64,000 bases of DNA, taken from contig NW_024704743.1 of the NCBI RefSeq assembly GCF_018977255.1, positions 114,206,001 to 114,270,000 of the forward strand. Direction: 5' to 3'. Positions 23,398 to 36,014 of the stretch are shown in pieces. The translations under genes and the position numbers were made by a program. The DNA is from Callorhinchus milii. Its lineage: Eukaryota. The notes beneath the pieces are model-generated. The model did no database searches and was not told where the DNA came from. It saw nothing but the letters and a program-made list of their open reading frames with translations. Numbering within the stretch: position 1 is the first letter of the stretch; the number at the start of each line of letters is the position of its first letter.

Positions 23398-26300
23398 TAT
23401 TGCATTTTTGATCCCGATATGTGTGAGTTTGCATATTTGCAGATGTTGCCACAGTGTCACCAGTTGTTTGGGATTCTGTCTCACATTGTAAAAAGGAGAA
23501 TTCAAAACACCAATAGCCTTGGAGCACTACAGAGGCTGCTTTTATTTGAAGGAACCTTGCAACCCCTTGCATAAAATCACCAGACAAAAGAGGTTGCTAA
23601 CAAGAAGTTTGTCACTACTGCCCCTGTTCTGTTCAGACAAGAAGAAACAGAGGGAAAGTCATTCCTGGGCATTGCTCTCTCCATGGAGGAATAAGAGTCC
23701 CTATGCTCCTTAAGATTTGTGACACATTAGTTTGTGTCAGTGCAGTTGGCAGAATCATTTATCAACCACAAATTGCAACAGTTCTAAGTAAAGATCCTTC
23801 CATAAGAATCAAGGCCACAAAAATGAAGCCAGTGAAGTATGGGATAATTATGTTAGCCAAGGTATTGGTCACTCACTTTACGGCCGTTTGTGGGACATTG
23901 CTGTGCCCAAAATCGGCTGCCATGCTCGCCTATAAAAACAGTCACTACACTTTACAGTATATCCTGTGAAGAGCTTTAAGACACATAGTACATAGATTCT
24001 ATGTGAAAGGTGCCATATCAAATGCACGGGTAATTATTATAATTATTACTAGGAATAACTGATTTGAAAGAAACCACTGCAACAATAACGCGTTGCATTT
24101 ATACAGGGCCTTTCAAGTCGGGAGGACATCCAAAGGTGGCGGGCAGTCGAGAGTTTATTTCTATAAGGACTATAATGCAATGGATTTTTACAGATTAACA
24201 TTCCAGGTTTCAAAATTAAAAAGAAACAACAATAAAATCAGGATTCAGGATTGTGACAATGGAACAGGACTAGACTGGACAGTGATAACATCTGTGATAA
24301 TTAGAACATTAATCAAAGGGACGGTCAAGAGTAGTTAATAGTTATCTATGGTCTCTGGTGGGGGGGTTAAATTAAAGCTCCCTTGGCTCTATTCGATATG
24401 ACAGTTTTTCCCGGTGTCTTGGCCAACAGTCCCCCAGATAAAATCAGGCTGGCAGTTTATGGAACACTACTGTGCGCAAATTGGCTGTGTTTTTAAAGTT
24501 TAAATACATTGTCTTAAATGGTCGTTTTAATGTCTCTGCACTTTTAATTCTCTAATCCGTGACCTGACTAACGTTGTAAGTCGTGCGAAAAAATATATAC
24601 AGTGTACTTACCAAGCTGAACGCTGACCGCAGAGGCATTGCTTATTATTTGGAATACAAAAGCTAGCACAACAGGTTGTCATTGGTATCCCACGGTATTG
24701 ACTGTTAGCTGGAACCGTGACACAGCATGAAGTTGAAGCAGCAGTTAACATCAGGCAGGGTACTTACAGCAAGCAGGAGGGCAGAAGCAGGAAGGAGACA
24801 TTTAATACATCTCTTTCTCCTTAGGCTCCAATAATGCGAATGCCTCTCATATTCCACAAACCGCAAGTGGCCCACAAGGTCATTAATAATGTTGTGCTTT
24901 CCTATCTAGCTGTCATCGCTGTCCTCCAGACTGGCATTTAGTGCTCATTGCTTTATCAAAGCAGCAGTTTAACCACATTGCCCCTGCTGCAATTATTTCC
25001 TGCCTGAGCCAGATGCCATCATGCAAAATGTGGCCATCTCCAAGCTTCCCAGCACCTGCCCTTCCCGAACACAATCCTATTCTGCAGTGTCTGCGCCCAG
25101 TTAAGTCTACACTATCTATCTGCAAGTGCTTCTGAAATCCGATGCTGTTTATCTGATCTGCTACAGCAGCTTGTTCCTTAAGTATCCTTTTCCTTCCTGT
25201 ACACAAGGAAATGGAAATGGCTCGCATGCCACCGGGCTGAGGAGGTGATGGGTCAGATTAGCAAACGAGAAAGTGAATGATACTGAACTGAACAAAAGTT
25301 GTTGTAACAAATAAAAAAAACTTTCAGCAACATGATAGCTTGTGTTTTGATTGAACAACAGATTATTAGGCACTGCTCCTCCCATTCCTCCCCCCCACCC
25401 CGCACAACACCCCCCAACCCCATGCAACATTTATTTAAGACTTAAAATCCTGAAGCGATCCAAATTTGATCATTTTAGAGATGAACTCTCATGTCTAGTT
25501 CACAGTACTGTATTACATGTTTGAACGTCTCGGTTTTCTTTGTTTTATATGGACACAACGGTTTCTGTGCAGTTATGGAAGAGTTGGATGGAGGGGGGGT
25601 AGGTGGGGGGGGTGAACAATATGTTACCTATGGAGAAAAGCACTGAAGAGTGCTGGGGGGAGATGGATGAATGAATATTCTGGAGTAACCTGGGGTTCAG
25701 GGGGAACCTGTATGTGGGAAACGCTCCCTCGGGAGATGGAGAGAATGGATGGCATCAATCGTCTCAATGCCAGATAAAGCCTCAGGACATGTTTCTTGCA
25801 GGAAACCTCATGTCGGTACCTCAACTCTATGAGCTCATGTTACAGCAACTGGTGGCCCATCACTGGCTTTAAACAACCAGCACAGAAGTGGTGTCTATGT
25901 TTCTGTTGAAATATTTTATTTAGTTTTCATTCTATTCCTAATTGTCTTATTATTATTAAGGCCTGCTTTAAAGATGGGAAGGAAGGGGTGAGATGCAGGA
26001 ACTCCTGGATGGAGTTGCATAACGGGGACATAAAGGCTGACAGCTTACCCACTGATGGTGGGGTGGATCAGTGCAGGACATGAAGCAGGACAGTATTTAT
26101 TGAGCGGAGGGAATGGACGGGGTGGTAAGATTGTAGGAGATCACAGAGGTAGGGGATGGATTGGGCACTGCATCAAACACTCGCCTGTGAAGACCAACTG
26201 ACTGGAGTTGACAAAGTGTTCAAATAGCAAAACCTCAGCGTAAAAACAACCCTCGGTATGTAAAGAATATCTCTTTCAGGAAACTCTGATCCCAACCCAT

Positions 26301-26479
26301 GATCATCTTGGAACAGAATGCTCATGAATTGACGTGAAGTATGTGAGGTTCCCTCTAAGCACCAGACTTTACAGCCTGAGAATTTAGTGGTGGTGTAATG
26401 GTTATACTATTCATGCTGCTGCTTTCAACATGAGTGTTTTTTCAATCCTACTACAGCACAGCTGCAAAGTTTGTTCTTC

Positions 26480-26752
26480 TTTCAGGTGAGACGTTAAACG
26501 GTTTCCCTGTTCAGGTGAGTGTTAAAGATCCCATGGCACTATTCGAAAAGAGAAGCGAGTTTCTCCCTGTATCATGGCCAACAGTTCCCCAGATAAAATT
26601 GGTCACTCACTTTATTGCTGTTTGTGTGACATTGCTGTGTGCAAATTGGCTGTTGTATTCACCTACAAAATTCAACTTCACAACAGAATCCTGTAAAATG
26701 CTTTGAGATGGCACGATAAGGTATTATGCCAAATGCAAGTATTATTATTATA
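26480..26752 (+). mobile_element. SINE family B, 5'-truncated
   Basis: gttaaagatcccatggcactattcgaaaagag through to an (att)n tail. Confidence 0.85.
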
Positions 26753-27004
26753 ATGGTGAACGTATTCGGAATGGCTTTAGGTAATGGGCACCAAATATTC
26801 CAAGTATAGTTATATGAAAATGTGTGCCAAGATCTGGTAGTCTCCAGTCACAAAGAAATGGGTTGAAAGAAAGGATTGCCCTTTTCAGGATAAAACAAAA
26901 TGTCACCCCATGGCAGTGCAAGGGCCTTATGCTGGTTAAACTCCCACATTAATCTACTTCTGATATTCAGGCCTTTTTTAAAATCCTCACTGCCCACAAC
27001 CCCT

Positions 27005-27295
27005 TAATAATAATAACAATAATAATCCTTGCATTTGATATAGTGCTTTTCACGTCTTCTAGACGTCTCAAAGCGCTTCACAGAATATGCTGTAAAGTGA
27101 ATTGACTGTATATTTGTGGGCAAAATGCGGCAGCAGTGTCCCACAAACAGTCGTGGATTGAAAACGACCAATTGGAGGGATTATTACTAGGTGTGTGGAG
27201 TAAGGAAACTTGCCCAAGGTTTCGCTCTGCCTGGAATTGAACCCAGGTGTCTCGCTTGCAAGGCGGGTGCTCTAACCACTGAGCTACAGGACTCC
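27005..27295 (-). mobile_element. SINE family A, short subfamily, with small internal deletions
   Basis: Head nearly identical to 13040-13115. Confidence 0.93.
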
Positions 27296-28069
27296 ACGAG
27301 GTACTCTTACCACTTATAACATCAAAGCTCTCAAATCAGCTTGCAAATGCTAGAACAACAACAACAACTTGCATCCTTCACACAGGGTAGCTTCTCGGAG
27401 CACTTAAAAAGGCCGACTTTTGCGTGGCTCTGGAGCACAATTACTACTGATAAAAGCTTGAGGTTTGCCCCAGATCAGCAAACCCTAGCATGTTCACACA
27501 GCAGCAGAGAAGCGTGTGATCTTCTATTTAAACGCAATTGTGCTACATTAGTAATAAGCTATTCACATCCAACTGAAAGATTAAAAACAGCTCATGTTAA
27601 TCAAAATAAACCCTGCTCCCATGAAGCTACAATTGCATTATTTTTGGTAAATTGTTTTGGACCGTTCCATTACAGAGGGGACGGCTGGGTTATTAGCCTG
27701 ATTGGGGAGAGCAATTCTGTTCTTATGTGATCACAGAGAGGTGCACTACAGCATCCTGACTGAGCCACTCTCTGAACTTGCTGCTGGCGAACTAGGAGTT
27801 ATTGGTATGGATGAACATGAGGATGTCAATATGTGTGGAATGAGGTGTAAACCCAGAGGTAATTCTTCTGCCAGGCAGTGTGCTGCCCCTTCCATCTTAT
27901 GCCTTTTCAAATGTAACCACAAGGTGCAAAGAGTGAAAAAACACAGCAAGGATGACAAGAGTTTATTTTATGCTAAAATAGTTTACTTTCAAAGCAACGA
28001 CAGTGCAGCCCTGTTATAACAAGCATCACTATAGCGCAAATTCACTTAAAACACCTGTGGTGGCCTAAT

Positions 28070-28188
28070 GGAATGTAACTCAGTGGTTAGAGCACTCACC
28101 TTCCAAGCGAGAGACCTGGGTTCAATTCCCAGCTTACTGTGTTTACTTACTGCTTGGTAAACAGATGCATGTGGAGTAAGGAAACTTG
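28070..28188. mobile_element. Rearranged family A SINE: plus-strand head followed by an inverted central segment
   Basis: Head 28070-28133 (+); 28145-28188 is the reverse complement of caagtttccttactccacatgcatctgtttaccaagcagtaagt. Confidence 0.8.
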
Positions 28189-28865
28189 GGAGCCCACACT
28201 GTGTGGAGGTGGGGGGGGAAGCTGAACAGCATGGATGAGGTGGGGCGGGGAGAAGTGAAGTGGCAATGGATAATTTTTTGTTCTGAATGAACACTGATGA
28301 ATTATGATATATTTTCATGACATTTTTTATAAACATATTAAGCTTGTTACAGTCTATAATCTTCCGTAAATTTCCCACCGAAAACAGATGAAGCCGGAGT
28401 TCATTGTCTCGCAATTTCCGCTCTTTAATATTGTGTTTGTGTTATATTGTTACTTTCTAAAGCAAGGTCTAACTCATTCAGGAAATAAACAACCAGTCAA
28501 CACTTCAGGCAGCACACAAGGCATGTGTGATGCACAACTCTTTGCCCTAATCAACCAGGGAGTTGGTGAGTGGCATCACAGGGACCTGAGGAGGCATGGA
28601 ATGAGCATTACAAGGGGACAAGCCTGTTTGCACAGGTTGGGCAGTCCATAACCAGAGGACACAAATATAAGATAGCTACTAGGTTCCAACTTACTGCTAG
28701 GTAAACAGGCGTGTGGAGTAAGGAAACTTGCCTAAGGAAAGCAGTGGGTGGAAATTTGTGTGGTGTATAAAAACTGTTATGGTCTGGCTGGGTCAAGTGG
28801 CCTGTTTTTATGCTGTACATTCTCTGCATTCTCCTTGTAAGACCAACATCATCACATAATATCTA

Positions 28866-29145
28866 TCTTTCGGATGAGATGTTCAACAGAGAGCTTGTCT
28901 GCCTGTTCAGGTGGATGTTAAAAGATCCCCTTTTGTTATCAAAAAGAGAACAGATTTTTTTTCCGGGTGTCCTGGCTAACACACCCTCAGATAAAATTTA
29001 CTTCTTGGCTGTTTGTAAGGCTTTGTGATGTGCAAATTAGCTGCTGGGTTCGCCTACAAAATATACGGTCACTACAGTCAAATCCTGTGAAGGACTTTGG
29101 CAGCTCCCCCAACACGACAGGTATTATATCAAATGCAAGGATTAC
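28866..29145 (+). mobile_element. SINE family B, 5'-truncated
   Basis: tttcggatgagatgtt..ggtgtcctggc..aaatgcaaggattact. Confidence 0.82.
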
Positions 29146-30993
29146 TCCCATCGTTGAAAATATGTACAATAATTTTGATTGGAAAGAGAGCCTCAAAGTG
29201 CTTGTGAAAAGTGTAGTGACTGTGTACTTTGTAGATAAATCCCATATTTGTGGCACTAATTTGCTAGAGCTCTAGACAAATTCTGATCTGACATCCTCAC
29301 AGCAGAGTTCTCACGAGCCAGTGTAATGTACGTTGGGTCACTACATCAAGGCACTGCACCTGTCTTAGAGGTAGGTTTTCCAATACTTGCTACATTCATT
29401 GAGCAATTTTTCCTGTTCAAGTGCTTTTTCAAGCGCTATGCGTTACCCCCTCTGCCTCTTCCCTTCCCTTCCCACCTTCAAATCCCACCTAAAAACCTTT
29501 CATTTTTATTGTGCTTAAGGTCACCTCCACCCTCCCTCTCGGTGTCAGACTCAGCCACTGTCAAGCGCTCTGGTTTGCTACCACGCATGAAAGGCAATAT
29601 ACAAATGCAAGTTATTGTTGCTTTTTTCAACCCAATTGCAGAGGGGAGGTCATTTGTATGAGATATGATGGGCCAGTTTGTTACACATTTTAAAATGGAT
29701 TTTATTTAAACCTAAACATCAGATTTAGAAGTGCGAAGTTTAAGTTGTTTAATGCAACCTTAGTGTTAATTAACACAAGGAACATTTTATGATATACTGC
29801 AAATTTCACCGCAGGGAGTGGTTCTGGCAGATTCTAGGAGTCAGTTATCTAGACCTATCCTCTCAGTCACTGGTATGGGGGTGTGGTGCCTTGCATTGGG
29901 GGAACCCGAAAAATGGGGAGGGGGAGGACAAACTGTGTTAGTTATAATAATAGATTTGGTACCTCAATGCGGGGGGGGAATAATTGTGCCATTTAAGATT
30001 GAAAATTGTGTTTCTATTTGCTAATGGTACTAATAATAATCCTTGCATTTGATATAGTGCCTCATCACATCATTGGGACATCTCAGAGGGCCTCACAGGA
30101 TTTCTTGTAAAGTGGAGTAACTGTGTATTTTGTGGGCCAAATGCAGCAGACAGTTTTGTTCCACAAAACAGCCTTGGAGTGATGAGATTAGACTAATACT
30201 AAATAAACACAGCGGCATTTAAACTGAACAAGAGCAGGAAACGCTGTGCCTCTGTCTGTAATTAACTTCATTCCTCCTGAGGGTATTGTAAAGTAAATAA
30301 CAGCAATTATATTTTTCTAATAGTGGGAACCGTGCACCCTGAACCCAGCTGGCTCCACTGAGCTCTGTGCTGTCTCCAGGTCAAGCACAAGACAGATGTT
30401 ATAGATTCACACAAACAACAGAACAATATTAAAACTCACACATTACCAGTCGGTACAAATTGCTATCCTACAATTGAGATGTGAGAAGTTAAAAGATTCC
30501 ATGCTACTATTTGAAAACAGGAGGGAGGACGGAAGAAGTCTTGAGGGAGTCCTGCCACATACACCACAGAGGCAAGTATCCTCGATATGGCTTCCTTCTA
30601 AGGTAGTGTCAGAGTGGACATCCCTTCAACCCAAGACCCATCCTTGATGTACTCTGTTACCTGAAAGAAGCCACACCAGCAGCTCACATACGTCCTTTAT
30701 GGCCTCCCACCATTCTGTCTTTTGAGGCACGTTATCACTCTGCAGGTCTGACAGTAACAGCACTTTAAATATTTGCAGTGACACAACTGACAATTTATAT
30801 TAAAGGTACTCTCCCCCCCCACCCCACCGCCAATCTGCCATGCCTTTCTCCACTCATATCAGGTGTCATTTGATGGTGCTCTGCTGAAAGGAGTCTGTTG
30901 TAGTGAATGTCTCATTCTAACCAGTCGCAATATTGTTGCCCCATCTCTGTTTTTCTCCCTGAACACTGCAATGATGTTCATGTTCCCTACTGT

Positions 30994-31360
30994 GGAGTCC
31001 TGTAGAGTAGTGGTTAGAGCAGTCACCTTGCAAGTGAGAGGACCTGGGATTGATTCCCAGGCAGAACAAAATTTTAAGCAAGTTTCTTACTCCACTTACC
31101 TCTGTTTACCTGGCAGTAAGTAGGACCCCAATTGTTAGTCGATTGGTGGATCGTTTTCTGGGGTAAGAAACCCTTAAAAATTAAAAAAAATTTGGTCACT
31201 CAGTCTACAACTGTTTATTTGTGGGACACTGCTGTGTGCAATTGGCTGCCGTGTTTCACCCACAAAAAAATATGCAGTGAATTCACTTTACAGTGTATCC
31301 TGTGAATTGCTTTGAGATGTCTCGAAGTTGTGATAAGGCGTAATAATTATTATTATTATT
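30994..31360 (+). mobile_element. SINE family A, long subfamily
   Basis: Head plus extra central segment ctctgtttacctggcagtaagtagg..ttgttagtcgattgg. Confidence 0.88.
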
Positions 31361-32354
31361 CAATCATCTCCTGTTGTCTCCCGTGACATACAGTTGACTT
31401 TAAAGCCGTTATATTAAAGGAAAGCAATATTTTTACGTTATTTATTTAAAAGCTGCTAGGCATTAAGACTGTTAAGTTGAGTTATTAATCATAATAATAA
31501 TCCTTGGATTTGATATAGCGCTTTTCACATTTTCTAGACGTTATTAAGATAGCTAAATTGACACATTTGTCTGGCTCCTGTTTGGCCGCACATGTCAGCC
31601 TCACCTCAGGAGATTTCCCCCCGCCATCTTCCCTCCAGGAGAAGACTTTCCTCAACTGGTGTCCCTCAGCCCTGCAACAAATAGTGCAGAACTCTTTGTA
31701 CGGGTTGGATTTTTTTTCACCCGAGGAGAGTAGACCCCCTAGTGTTAATGTTTGTTTTTATTGTTTTATTGCTTTAATGCTGTACCGCATTTCTAACATG
31801 CATTTAACACACTGCTAAATGCTTATTGCCAGAAACATCAAGCCAGCCAATTATCAGGGCTGGATCCAATTAACTGAAGCTAGGTACCATTCTGTTATTG
31901 CTAAGCCTTTCTGCCACCTGCACTATAAATCAGACAACAAACCAGGCTTTGATCTTCAGTCAATGTTGGTGCCTTTTTGGAGTATGAGAAAACATATTAG
32001 GAAGAAATTTCTATACATTATGAGTGTTATACCTTAGTGCAGGGTGATCCATCATGAAAGGATATGAATGGGCTTTAGAAATCTTTCTGATTGTTCTAAC
32101 AATCCTATTATATATCACAATCTAACGGTGCTCTCATCGGACACATGGGTACACTCTTAATTTACAACAATCAGCTCTAAGTCACCGTGTGCCCAGATTA
32201 TATTAATGAAAGTAGGACCCAACAGATAAAGCAGTTACAAGGCAACCCTCTTATCAAGCTTCTCACTGGAGCACGGGTTCATGTATACACATGGATCCTT
32301 TCAACCCATCCTTTATGGACATCCTGCCTCTGGTGCTTTTACCTCATCTCTTGG

Positions 32355-32710
32355 CTGGCACTTCAATACAATGCTAGGGGAACGCTGTAATGTGGGAGGT
32401 GCTATCCTTTGGTGGCGATGTCCCATCTGCCTGTTCAAGTGGACCTTAAAGATCTCAGGACATTGTATGAAAAGAGAATTTCAAAAAGAGTTGGTGTCCT
32501 GGCTAACAATCCTCCCATTAAATTGGTTATTCACCTGCTTTCTGTCTGTGGGACTTTGTTGTTTGCAAATTGGCTGCAGTGACTGCCAATAAACAAATAT
32601 ACAAATTATCCTTCCACCCAATACACAGTCTGCACACTTCACAGTAATTACCATAAGGCCCTTTGAGATATTTAGATGTTATGAGCGATATAAGATACGT
32701 AGGATTATTT
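32355..32710 (+). mobile_element. Degenerate family B SINE
   Basis: Centre and tail motifs recognisable. Confidence 0.65.
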
Positions 32711-32746
32711 CAGAGGATTTCTATATTTGTGTTCTGTGATATAATA

Positions 32747-33129
32747 GGAGTCCTGTAGCTTAGAGGTTAGAGCACATGCCTCGCAAGCGAGAGGACTTAC
32801 GTTCAATTCCCGGGCAGGGCAAAACGTTGGGCAAGATTCCTTACTCCACACGCCTCTGTTTACCTAGCAGGAAGTAGGAACCTGGTTGTTAGTTGATTGG
32901 CGTATCGCTTTTCCGGGGATATTAATCCCTTAAAAAAAGATACTATTAATAATAATTTGGTCTCTCAATCCACAACTGTTTGTGGGGCACTGCTGTGTGC
33001 AATTGGCTGTCGTGTTTCGCCACAAAATATACAGTCAATTCACTTTACAGTATATTCTATGAAGTGCTTTGAAAAATCTAGAAAAAGTGATAAGGCGTTA
33101 TATCAAAATGCAAGGATTATTATTATTAA
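32747..33129 (+). mobile_element. SINE family A, long subfamily, full length
   Basis: Carries a 62-bp segment (32856-32917) absent from short copies. Confidence 0.92.
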
Positions 33130-33548
33130 TACAACAACAACAACTTGGATTTATATAGCGCCCTCCACCCCGAGCCAGGGGGAGGGGGAGGAAGATGGCC
33201 AAAGGTACAGTCAAAAAGAAAGATCTTCAGCTGAGACCTGAAAGTGGGAAGGGAGGGGGCGAGGCAAATGGAATGAGGAAGGGAGTTCCAGAGCCTCGGG
33301 GTGTAGTGACTGAAGGCATGGCTGTCGATGGTGGAGCGGAGGACTTGGTGGACAAGGAAGAGGACAGTCCCGGTGGAGCGAAGGCAATGGGCACTGTTGT
33401 GAGGAGAGAGGTCAGAGAGATAGGGGGGTGCAGAGGAGTGGAGGGATTTGAAGACAAGGGTGAGGATCTTGAAGTCTATCCTCTCTGGGACAGGCAGCCA
33501 GTGCAGTCTGGTAAGGACTGGGGTAATCGGGGAGTGGAGTTTGATGCG
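33130..33548 (-). mobile_element. L2 LINE 3' fragment, tail-to-tail with a family A SINE; most of the 3' hairpin deleted
   Basis: Colinear with 42221-42680 except for a ~45-bp gap after gcgccctccac. Confidence 0.9.
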
Positions 33549-34464
33549 GTACTATTTGTTACTATTAATAATAGTAATATGAATATGAGTGCATGTTTAC
33601 ACTGGACTACAGAATGTTTCTGCACAAAATTCTTTCTTATCTCCTCAGCTTTTTAACATTACTTGTGGTCTAAAACTTCAGCTGGTGTTCTCAAGCTCTT
33701 AACCATGATTTGGCTATCACATTCAGATGACTGATTTAACAAAGACACATGCTGGGACTTCTGTGAGACACCAGTACAGTAAAACTATTGGCTCCCTCTG
33801 GACTTTTTCAAAGCTCTCAGGGCTGACAGCACAAAAAGGAAACGCAGACTAGTTAAGAGTTTCATTAGCACTCTGCTTTACGTCTTGTTTATGGTGGCAA
33901 ATCAACGTGCTATCCACCTCCTTGCTTTGGGATGTGGCCAAGTACTTGCCTCTTGGTTGCCTCATGAGGCTCTTAAGCTGCACTCTGGCTCTTACACATA
34001 TACAATAATTCTGTAAGACCAGGCAGGTGCAAAACATATCTTATCATACTTAAAACGCAGTGTGTACCTAAGCATACCACCTGTAGCGATGCAGTCTTTT
34101 CTTCCAGTTTTTACAGCACAGTACGTAAGATTCAGGACCAGGCCAGTGTTCCCAAGCCCCTTTTCTCAAGTGGTTTAGCATTATTCAGGCCCTGCTCTTT
34201 TTTAAGGCTCACTTGGGGAAATGGCTCCCATTTTGACTACTCCTCGTCCCTCACCGACCACTTCGATTGCTACTTCTCCCATGGGATCTGAATTTCCCTT
34301 CACTGTTTCTTTAAAACGTACCATCATTTTGCTTGAAATGTCTCCAAAAAGTGTGTGAAACCATTTGTGACTCACACACCCATAATAGGAATAATAAATG
34401 TTTCTCAGTACGAACAGGTCAGCTTGGCATTTCTTACACACATGTGCAACTATCGGCATCATAG

Positions 34465-34915
34465 GTGTCACCCTAACTCAGTTGCCAGCAGCCTCGCTGA
34501 GTCAGAAGGATTTTAGTTCAAGCTGCACAAAGGGACTCTGAACTCACATAGTCTAGGTAGACACTCCCTTGCAGTGCTGGGGTGTGTGCTGCATCATCGG
34601 AGGTATTATTCTTCGGATGAGAAGTTAAACTGAGCTCCTCGGCTGCCTGTTCAGGTGGATGTTGAAGATCCCATGGCACTATTCGACAAAAGAAGGTATT
34701 TTCTCCCAGTGTCCTGGATGACAGTCCCCCAAATAAAATTGATCACTCACTCCATGGTGGTTTGTCGAGAATTACTGTGCGTAAAATGGCTACCTCGTTT
34801 GACTACAAAAATACAGTCACTACATTTAAGAGTAAATCCTGTGAAGCGCTTTGAGACATCATCATCTTCATGCGAAAGGCGCTATATAAAATGCAAGGAC
34901 TATTATTATTATTAT
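34465..34915 (+). mobile_element. SINE family B, full length
   Basis: Head, Deu-type centre, aaaggcgctatataaaatgcaaggactattatt tail. Confidence 0.9.
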
Positions 34916-35854
34916 TTCAACCCAATAACAAAGGTTGTGGACGTGGATAAATTGTTTTGTGAGAGCAGTCACATTTTCCCCCAACGCAGCAAGAATTGGT
35001 GCCAGAATAGTTTCACGGGTGTCTGGAAGTAAACTGACCTACCCCATAAGTAGGCACAATGATTATTTTCCCCAGTGGTTTAATATCTCCATGATCCGTC
35101 TTTTCACACTACTCCTTTGGAGGAAGCTCCTGCCATCTGTCAGCCTGATATCAACACTGACTTGTACTCCCTTTGAAACAACAGATGACTTACCACCAGT
35201 GCCAAAATGTTGGCAGCTGACTTTTGCTGCCCTCAACTCGACTCATGGTCTAAGATCCCTTCAGCCTGCCTTGTGGAGATGCTGTTAACCTTCTCTTTAA
35301 ATTGAATTAGATATTGAATTAGATATTTGCAGTCAAAGGCAGACATAAGTAAATAATGGGAGTTATAAACCAGATTGTCTTCAATATTAAAGCTCCTTTA
35401 CTATTCAGTGAAATGCAACCCATCGTCCAGGTTTGTTTATTTTCTATTTATTTCATGGTAATTTTCCCTGATTTATTGCTCCTTTATTTTTTATTTCATC
35501 ATCTTGCTTTATCATTATTTGCCCGAGTACCCACTTGAAATCTGAAGTGTAGTACTGTGCATTTTATCCCATGGCTCACTTAAGAAGCACCAAATACTCT
35601 CAAAATTAAATTGTAAACTCACTTCACAATCAGTGACCCTATCGATGGCAAAACTTCTGATACTGGGGTTTATTGTACATTAAGCGTAACCTTTTTTTTC
35701 GCGGGGAGAGAGGGAGTCAAATTTACAGTACTTTTATGCTAGCAATAAGAGCAATGGTGTCAATGATTTTCTTGCACTAAATGTTGTGCAACACCGATCC
35801 TGTGTGGGACTTGAATTATGGAAAGGAGCACATAGAAAGTAACAGCTCTGATAG

Positions 35855-35904
35855 CAATCAGTGTGTGAGTTCAGAGACTGACAATCAGTGTGTGAGTTCA
35901 GAGA
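35855..35904. repeat. Local direct duplication, 23 bp identical, period 27
   Basis: caatcagtgtgtgagttcagaga at 35855 and 35882. Confidence 0.9.
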
Positions 35905-36014
35905 AGCCTAACAAGCAATAATTATATAGTTCAACAACCTCTTGAGCCCCAGGAACAGGAAGAGTCTGTCACCCGGGCTCTCTGTAAACCAAGCATCTTG
36001 GAGATCATCTTGTT

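Noticed and set aside
24612..24662. Possible additional UTR exon ending at TG|GTAAGT (24611)
   Set aside because: The donor is strong but the acceptor is weak, and many similar isolated donors occur in the window.
35855..35904. CRISPR-like repeat-spacer pattern
   Set aside because: Only two repeats with a 4-bp gap, in eukaryotic DNA with no cas genes.
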